Source: Zygnema circumcarinatum SAG 698-1b
Lineage: Eukaryota > Plantae > Zygnematophyceae
Length of the DNA stretch: 64,000 bases
Direction: 5' to 3'
NCBI GenBank assembly: GCA_037447605.1
Contig: CM074807.1
Location: forward strand, 248,001-312,000
The position numbers and the translations under genes are program-made. This document shows, in pieces, positions 56,926 through 64,000 of the stretch (position 1 is its first letter; every line of letters begins with the position of its first letter). Below the pieces are notes generated by a model. That model worked only from the letters and a program-made list of their open reading frames with translations. It did no database searches and was not told the origin of the DNA.

Positions 56926-57277
56926 GAAATGGTTTTGGCTGCCGTGTGCGCGACGTAAGCGTCCGCGATTGGGCGAGCGCCGTCCGGGCAGCTCAAGGTT
57001 GGCCGCGAGCTGCCCGGAGAGGAAAGGTGTGGCCCAAAATGGTGGGCCGCGCGTCTACCTCATCTCAAATCCTGGATAAGACTGTACGGACAGACAGGTG
57101 GCGCCACCGCCGTGGGGGAATGGTCGCGTACGGTACGCGTGACGCGACGTGACCCGACTCGCCGAAGGGGGGGGCTGCACCTGGTCGTACTCGCGACGAG
57201 GGAGGACCGGAAAGAATTTCAGGTGCCCGGCCGACGCTCGCCCAATCGCGGACGGATACGGCATTCGAAAACATTTC
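56926..57277. mobile_element. Imperfect ~60-bp inverted repeat (foldback/MITE-like) upstream of the SAP-like gene; second copy 62171-62519
   Basis: CGTCCGCGATTGGGCGAGCGCCGTCCGGGCA (~56960) pairs with TGCCCGGCCGACGCTCGCCCAATCGCGGACG (~57224) at 29/31; pairing extends to GAAATG...CATTTC. No TSD identified. Confidence 0.6.
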
Positions 57278-57785
57278 GCTGGACTGGCTATGGGTTGGAT
57301 TGGAGCAACCATTGGATCCAATGCTTGCAATTTGCAAAGCGTTATTTCCCGATCCAACCAACCGCTGGCTCCAATGTTTGCAGTCATCGGAAATGGTTGG
57401 CTATCTCTGTGCGCGTGTTGCGATGGCCGTTCGGTTCAACGGGACGGAACTGCGGATGCTCTTACGCACTTGCACACGGAACGGCCTCGTCTCGCGTTCC
57501 ATGCAGTTAGGGTTTGCAGACAACGGTGTGTTCCAGTTTTAGGGTATGCAGGAAAGCAAGCAGGGCCTTGCTATGAAAAACCATTACTTTTCTGAGCACA
57601 GGAATGCTGGGAGAAGCATAATATGCTTCGCCTGTTTTTGTTATCGGCTTATAAGTTAAAGGCTTCTCTTCTACAGTTCGTATTTGTAACACCTTTTCTT
57701 TCGTTTTACTCTCGATCTCTCCTGCAAGCGATTGTCTGATTTTAGTCGGCATGACACCAAACATTTTAGTCGCCCCGTGCAGCAC

Positions 57786-58522
57786 CTTATAGCACTGGTC
57801 TTTGGCCGCGAGCTGCGAGCTGTAGAGCCGCCGAATAAGCGCGGCCTCCTTAATTTGCCTCGTTATTTCCTGCAGATAGTTTCATATTGAACAAAATTCT
57901 TCTGACTAGGTATGCACAAGAAAAAATTTCAACAACGAAATTCTCAAATGCTAATCTTAAGCCCTTACGGAAACGGAAAATCGCTGATGAAAAAATCCAG
58001 CTTCAGTTCTCCATCACCCTTTCCGACTATCTCAGAGATACATCTTGGAAAACGAAAGCACAAAAGCAGCAGAAGTCTTTCTCTATATAGGGAGCACTGC
58101 GAATTCACCAATTCTTGAATGATCTGTTGAATGCCCGGGACGACATGCTGCGGTTCAATCTTATTGAATAATGGAAAGGTAGAGGGCAACAGGAGTGGGT
58201 TATCGACTCCAGCAAGACGCGTCTCAAGCTCTGCGGCTACTGCCTGCGTAGTCACTGCACTCCTACCCGCAGACTGACAGTTAGGCATCGTGCTGCTGCT
58301 CTGCCATGGCGGCAGCCCCGCTGCTCCAAAAAGGCCGAGTCCCAAGATTCCACCACACAGAAATCGGTGCGTGAACGAACTGCAGGAAGCTCCGCCCTGC
58401 AGCCTCCGATCAGCTGCAACAAGACGAAGGGAGCTCCCTGCACGAGCTGCGGTAAGGACACGTGGCGCCCCCGCAGTCCTCAAGCTGGCCGCTGAGGCCA
58501 GCGAGGGCACAATGCATGCCAT
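57786..58522 (-). pseudogene. Chimeric/truncated gene: organellar oligopeptidase A (M3) exon 1 joined in frame to an MSH5-derived exon
   Basis: 58522-58109 encodes a transit peptide plus NPLLLPSTFPLFNKIEPQHVVPGIQQIIQEL, the oligopeptidase A N-terminal motif, ending at a GT donor. After CTGCAG, 57869-57786 encodes [28 protein letters not shown], a copy of the MSH5 exon at ~45046-45129. No further peptidase exons are present in the window. Confidence 0.8.
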
Positions 58523-58800
58523 TAAACGCCTTAAGGTCTTCAACTTGTGCTCGGATTGAGCAGTTTACACCTTGGCTGCGCTCACAAGCAAGAACAATAA
58601 TATCAAGAAAATTCTGAGATTCTATGCGGAAATATTGAGATCCAGCTTCCCTCCTCTCCCACTCCCTCTCCCTCTCCCTCTCCCTCTGAGCTCGGGCCGT
58701 ATACCCCTATTGGTGCGAACCCAAGGCACGATTTCAAGCAGGTTTGCAGCGAGTTTATCCGAGGTTTGCAGCTTTCTGACGTCATACAAAAGGTCAAGGT

Positions 58801-59140
58801 CCAATGGTTGCAGGTCATTGGCAATGGTTGGCTGGGTCGACAGCCAATGGTTGCAAACATTGGAAATGGTTGCAACATTTACATTGGCAATGGTTGCGAT
58901 TTGCCAACCATTTATTCTCGATCCAACCAACCATTGGATCCAATGGTTGCAGTAATTGACAATGGTTGGCTGTATCTCCAGCCAATGGTTGCAAACGTTG
59001 GCAATGGTTGGGTGGGTCGGGAATCAATGGTCCAATGATTGCAGTCATTGGCAATGGTTGGCTGGGTCGCCAGCCTATGGCTGGTTGCAAGCATTGGCAG
59101 TGTGGGGTGTTCCGCGAATCAATGATCCAATGGTTGGTTG
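58801..59140. repeat. AATGGTTG minisatellite array (~20/23-bp spacing) with a 22-bp palindrome
   Basis: AATGGTTG recurs at ~58803, 58823, 58846, 58865, 58888, 58942, 58961, 58984, 59003 and 59053; CAACCATTGGATCCAATGGTTG at 58928-58949. Confidence 0.88.
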
Positions 59141-59639
59141 CACAAGCTCCAAGTCAGCGAGCGGCTTTCACTCGAGTCGTGGATTTTCGTTCATCGAAAA
59201 GGACGGACTGGACTGGACTGCCCGCAGACTTTCTTTCTTTGGCCCTTCCACTGGAACCGATTCAAAGAGAAGCTGAAAGGCTTCTCCTTCTGCCTGGGGA
59301 GGGGAGGAGAGCAGAAAGCAAGAATTTTGGGCAAAAACACAGTTCACGTTCAGAAGGTGTTAACTTCTGCACATTTTTTGGAACAAGGAGAGGACAAGAT
59401 CTGGCTGCTTTGCAAAAATCAGCATGAGCATGAACCAAAAAAGTGCTGCATAAAACCACCTGAGAGCCATCCATACAACAGTTGAGAACACTTCTACTCT
59501 TATGAAAGAAATACAATTGTTGACAACGCTCATAAACCAACGCGACGATTGCACAACATTTCCTGCGAGCGCTTTGTTGCTCTCTCATTGAAAAAGAAAA
59601 AACAAAAAAAATGAATTATGAAACATGCTGGCCAGCCAG

Positions 59640-62600
59640 CCAGTTCCATGTTCAGTTACAACACTCTTGAACTGCACTTTGAAAACTGAGGAGCGGCGAT
59701 GGAAACTGCAAACATCATAGATGTTGCAGCAAAAAAATCGCTATCCCAGTCGAACAAACTGCACTAAAACTGAAACTGCAACTGGAACTGGCACAGACAA
59801 CGACTAATGCAAGACTCAAACAAATGCGACACCCCCATCCTCTTCCTCTGCCAGTCTCCACGCCACCGTGGCTGAACTGAGACTAAACTGAAATTGACAT
59901 AGACACCGACTAATGAAAGACTACAAAAATGCGACACCCCCATCCTCATCCTTTGCCTATCTCTACGCCGCTGTGGCCGAACTGAACTGCAACCGGCATG
60001 GACACCGAATCAAAAAAGGAATGCAAAAATCCAACGTGTGCCTGCAGCAAGTGGCCCTATCCTCTGTGTGGTGTGTCTCTACGCCGCTGTGGCCGCCTCC
60101 GGCCAACCGCGAATGGCTGCGACGGCACAGGCCTCCTCCAGCACTCGATCCGCCACGCTCACCGCCTCCACCTTCACAAACTCGTGGACTTTGCGCGTCT
60201 GCAAGCAAGCAAGCAGGCAGACAAGCAGACAGAGGCAGCTTCAGCTACGGAGGAAGGGAGCAGGATAGAAACAAAGAGAGTGAGAGAGCGAAACGAAGGG
60301 GGGATAACAACGCAAGGAGAGGTCGAGCGGGGTCCGTTGACTCACGTATATTAAGAGGAGCTGATGGCCGATTTCTCGGTATTCATCCCTCAGCTGGCGG
60401 CGCGTCTCCTTCTCGTTCCACAGCTCATCCAGCCGCCGCGAGTCGTCCCACTCGCTTTTGAGCTTCCGAAACTCATCTCGTTTGCTCGCCACTTCCTTGT
60501 ACGCCTCCAAGCAGTCGCTCCCGAGCTCCTCCGCAGTCTTCAGCTTCGCGGCGTCGGCTTCTTCCATTGCTTTCCGGACCTGTCTCTTCCGCTCCTCCTC
60601 GGCACCTTCCTCCGCCACCCTTTGCTCGCGGGCGGCCTTCCGAGCTGCCTCGGCTCTTTCCTGCGCATTCGCCACAAAAACATTCGGAAAATGAAATCAG
60701 CAAAAGGAATATTGTGTTTTCAAACTATCTCCCTTCATTATGCACCATCGCTACCTTTCTGCCTGATTTTGGTTCATTCAGATAAACATTCCAAGCAAGA
60801 AAGAAAGAGGAAGAGAGGAGAGCGTGGGAGGGACAGTGAAAGAGAGTGACTGAGACATAGGGAGAGAGAGAAAGATGATTCTCACCTCGGCTTGTTTTTG
60901 ACTCTCGATCGATTTTCTGATCCACTTGTCATGCTTCAGAGCCGACTCCTGCAGCAGACAAACAAAGCGGGTAAGGCTCCTTGAGCTGCTTCAAGCTGTA
61001 AGCATACAAAGCTAGCCTAGTGAATAGCAGAATAAAAGTACCTTTGGCGTTGGCTTGAAACTTTCAATGCCGAGGAACATCCTCATGCCATGCGACAGAC
61101 CTGGCAGAAGTTGACAGAAAACAAACGTGTAAGAAACAAGAGTGTGAAAATAACATGTAAAATGAAAAAAAAAAAAATGAAATCAAATGATTCCCCACTC
61201 GTCCCTTTGCAAGCAAAGCGACATATTAAATGCATACTCACCAGCTTCAACGCGCTCGTGCTGATAAAAACCATTCGCCGCCCTCTTTGAACGCTCCATG
61301 GGGGGTTGGAACACAGGGAGCAAAGAAGGTCTCTGAGGCGCCTCCGCCTCCGCGGGCCGTTTGAGCGATGGAGCCGCGAGAGAGGGCGAGGTGGAGGTGG
61401 AGGCTCTCCTCCTCGGGCGGAAGAAGGGAGCGGGAGAGAAGGGGACGGGCGCAGCAGGCGACGCCATGCGGAGGCGCTTGACGCTGCCTCTTTTCCCCTC
61501 CCTCTCGGCGCACTCGCCCGCCTCCTCCTCCTCCTCCTCCTCCTCAAGCCGCCGCTTCCTTGGCGCTGCCTCCTCCTCGGCCCTTGCGAGAGAGGCGGCG
61601 GCCGGGGCATGTGGCGGCGGCAGCGGAGGGAGCTCCACGACTTTGTGGAGGTGCGCGTATCCCAGCGCCACTTGGAGGAAGGCGTGGCGATCGAGGGGTA
61701 GGCGATTGGGGCACAACTGCCATGTGTACAACAACGCGCGCAACTGAGGGAGGGCGAGCTCGCGTAGGCGGTCTTCAACGGCGGCCCTTTTCCTCATGTG
61801 GGAGTCCTCGAGACTCGCAGAGGGCTCCTTGACAGGCGGCGGCAGGGGAGGGAGGTCGAGCACGCCGTACGCCTTGCTGTAGTCGAGGGCCGTCTGCGCG
61901 AAGGCGTCGCGGTCGGCGCCCGGCGCGGCGGTGTAGAGCCGCCAGTACGAGAGCAGCGCCTGCAGCTGGTTCAGCGCCAGCGCTCGCACGCGCTCGCGGA
62001 GGGAGGGCGAGGGCGCGGCAGCCATGGCCGTGGCTCGATGCAGGAGAGAGAGGGAAAAAGAGAGAGAGAGAGAGGGAGAGCGCGAGAGAGAGAGATAGAG
62101 AGGGTGAGTGAGGGAGAAATGATGGCCCGGCCGGGTGGGCGTGGCCTTGGGGTGGGCCCCGGGCAGCCCTGAAATGGTTTTGGCTGCCGTGTGCGCGACG
62201 TAAGCGTCCGCGATTGGGCGAGCGCCGTCCGGGCAGCTCAAGGTTGGCCGCGAGCTGCCCGGAGAGGAAAGGTGTGGCCCAAAATGGTGGGCCGCGCGTC
62301 TACCTTATCACAAATCTTGGATAAGACTGTACGGTTGGACAGGTGGCGCCACCGCCGTGGGGGAATGGTCGCGTACGGTACGCGTGACGCAACGTGACCC
62401 GACTCGCTGAAGGGGGGCTGCACCTGGTCGTACTCGAGGTGAGGGAGGACCGGAAAGAATTTCAGCTGCCCGGCCAACGCTCGGCCAATCGCGGACGGAC
62501 ACGGCAGCCGAAACATTTCGGTTCATGCGTTGGATCAACCATTGGATCCAATGGTTGCGATTTGCAAACCGTTGATTCCCGATCCAACCAACCGTTGGAT

Positions 62601-62750
62601 CCAATGGTTGCAGAAATTGGCAATGTTTGGCTGGGTAGCTAGCCAATGGCTTCAAACAATGGCAATCGTTGCGACTTTTCAAACCATTGATTCTCGACCC
62701 AACCAACCATTGGATCCAATGGTTGCAATCATTGACAATGGTTGGGCGGG
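59640..62750. repeat. Tandem segmental duplication, copy 2, ending in an AATGGTTG array (62530-62745)
   Basis: Colinear with 54350-57430; palindromes at 62536-62557 and 62704-62725. Confidence 0.92.
60079..62025 (-). CDS. Unknown SAP/HeH-like repeat protein, copy 2
   Basis: Same exon structure as copy 1, with a few substitutions and one extra Glu codon. Confidence 0.65.
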
Positions 62751-62759
62751 CATGCCACA

Positions 62760-62995
62760 AACAAGAAGATAGACGTTCACTAAATGAGGGTCGGCTTTGC
62801 CAAAGCACTAGTCTTCTCTTTGTTCTTAAATTTTTGTGAAAGTGAACTTGTTGTGTATTACGAGACAGGAAACTAAATTTATTACGTTCAAAGCTTTGCA
62901 TAAGTGAAGCCATGACCATGACCATGACCATGACTATGACCTCATCCCTATTGGGCCTGGGGACATGAGCATGAACAACGTCATGAATGACGATC
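62760..62995 (-). repeat. Dispersed repeat, inverted copy of 370-570
   Basis: The reverse complement aligns to 370-570; the copy directly abuts the AATGGTTG array. Confidence 0.8.
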
Positions 62996-63396
62996 TTCGT
63001 ACTGCACATTTACATTCCCTGACCAACATTCAGCTGTAAAGAGATGGCTAATTTCGTCACCATATCTAAATTCCTACATCCTTGACTAGACCTACTCCAC
63101 AGCCTAGTCAGAATAATGAATGTGGAGAAGTAACCCGTTACCTATGTACAAACCCTCGCCATCTTTGTTGCCGCTGCAAACTGTATGAGGAGCTGTGATA
63201 GACATTATCAAAATAGAACTCGGCATTCCAGGTCCCCATGAAAGGCTACAAAGCTTTTAGTAAAGGAGAAAAATGATTCGACAATTTTACAAAGAAAACG
63301 ACACATGCTGAGCGAGTTCCAGTTCCCTGCAGTTCACAGTACTGGAAGTGATTCTTTCATCTCTCCTTCGTTGAAACCGAAAAACGTTGAAATTGC

Positions 63397-63918
63397 TCAT
63401 GTATCAACCAATGGCAGCAAATGTTGGCTCCCGTAGATACCTGCGTGTTCACCCAGCAAACATGAGTACTGTACTGCGGCTTCACAAGTCCAGAGTTCTC
63501 GTCTCTCTCTCCCACTCCCTCCCTCCCCCCTCCCCTCCCTCCCCGCCATGTTTCTCACTTACGTGACGTAACGTAACACGTAACTTATCTGACGTAACAA
63601 ACGACCCTCAGCCTTATTAGTGATGAATGTTCTGGTGGTCCGAGTCAGACACATGATCCTAGACAGAGGACTGTATGCACCTCCTCCTTCCTCTCCCTCT
63701 CCCTCTCGCCCTCCCCTTCCCCCTCCGTCTGCCTCTCCCTTGTTGCCTATGCTTATAAGCAAAACAAATGAGCGACAATACGACTACGTGATGTATTCCC
63801 TGATGGTTAACGTAAAACTTTCTTCATCTTCTTGGATGTGGAGGAAGTCAATCCCCATTGTTGCTAGCAAAGCATTTCCTTTCGATATTAGGATAACCTT
63901 CGTGGCCTTCCCAGAGAC
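63397..63918 (-). CDS. 3' exons of an unidentified gene that begins beyond the window
   Basis: Three AG/GT-bounded, phase-consistent exons (63918-63788, 63670-63606, 63440-63397) give VSGKATKVILISKGNALLATMGIDFLHIQEDEESFTLTIREYITPLSRIMCLTRTTRTFITNKAEGIYGSQHLLPLVDT*. Family not recognised. Confidence 0.5.
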
Positions 63919-64000
63919 CTATGCAGAGCAGAGACCAAAAATCATAGCAACCTACGAAACCTGCAGTCAACTTCCTTCTCCCCATTTCACTCTCTGCTAT

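Larger units (their letters stand above)
54350..57430. repeat. Tandem segmental duplication, copy 1 (copy 2 at ~59640-62750; offset ~5.2 kb)
   Basis: The ORF track shows identical or near-identical ORFs offset by 5218 nt (54745/59963, 55023/60241, 55146/60364). The core is near-identical and the edges are visibly more diverged. Confidence 0.92.

Noticed and set aside
58801-59140. CRISPR-like interpretation of the palindromic repeat array
   Set aside because: Eukaryotic context, degenerate repeats, self-similar rather than unique spacers, no cas genes.

Overview
Eukaryotic, intron-rich genomic DNA from a non-seed streptophyte, probably a charophyte alga. This is inferred from plant-type Cu/Zn-SOD, syntaxin and MSH5 gene models occurring together with Pta and Ack, which seed plants lack. 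I assembled these gene models by hand from GT/AG sites: (1) a secreted Cu/Zn-SOD with the layout signal peptide + PAN/Apple domain + Ser-Pro linker + intact SOD (827-4418, -); (2) a long-form phosphate acetyltransferase (-) head-to-head with an acetate kinase (+); (3) an uncharacterised plastid-type membrane protein; (4) a chloroplast CSD2-type Cu/Zn-SOD; (5) two paralogous single-exon genes with doubled bZIP-like basic motifs; (6) BRX1, a SYP3/syntaxin-5, the mitochondrial Rieske protein and MSH5; (7) a ~5.2-kb tandem duplication carrying a gene with tandem SAP/HeH-like repeats, with an oligopeptidase A exon fused to an MSH5 exon between the copies; (8) the 3' end of an unknown gene at the right edge. 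Non-coding features include a 199-bp MITE, arrays of AATGGTTG/CAACCATT motifs with a 22-bp palindrome, fragments of nearby loci copied next to those arrays, and long GA microsatellites. The strongest novelty candidate is the PAN-SOD chimera. Its seven SOD exons mirror those of the CSD2 gene ~20 kb away, suggesting a duplicate retargeted from plastid to cell wall by exon shuffling. All calls rest on manual reading and remembered family motifs; no searches were run.
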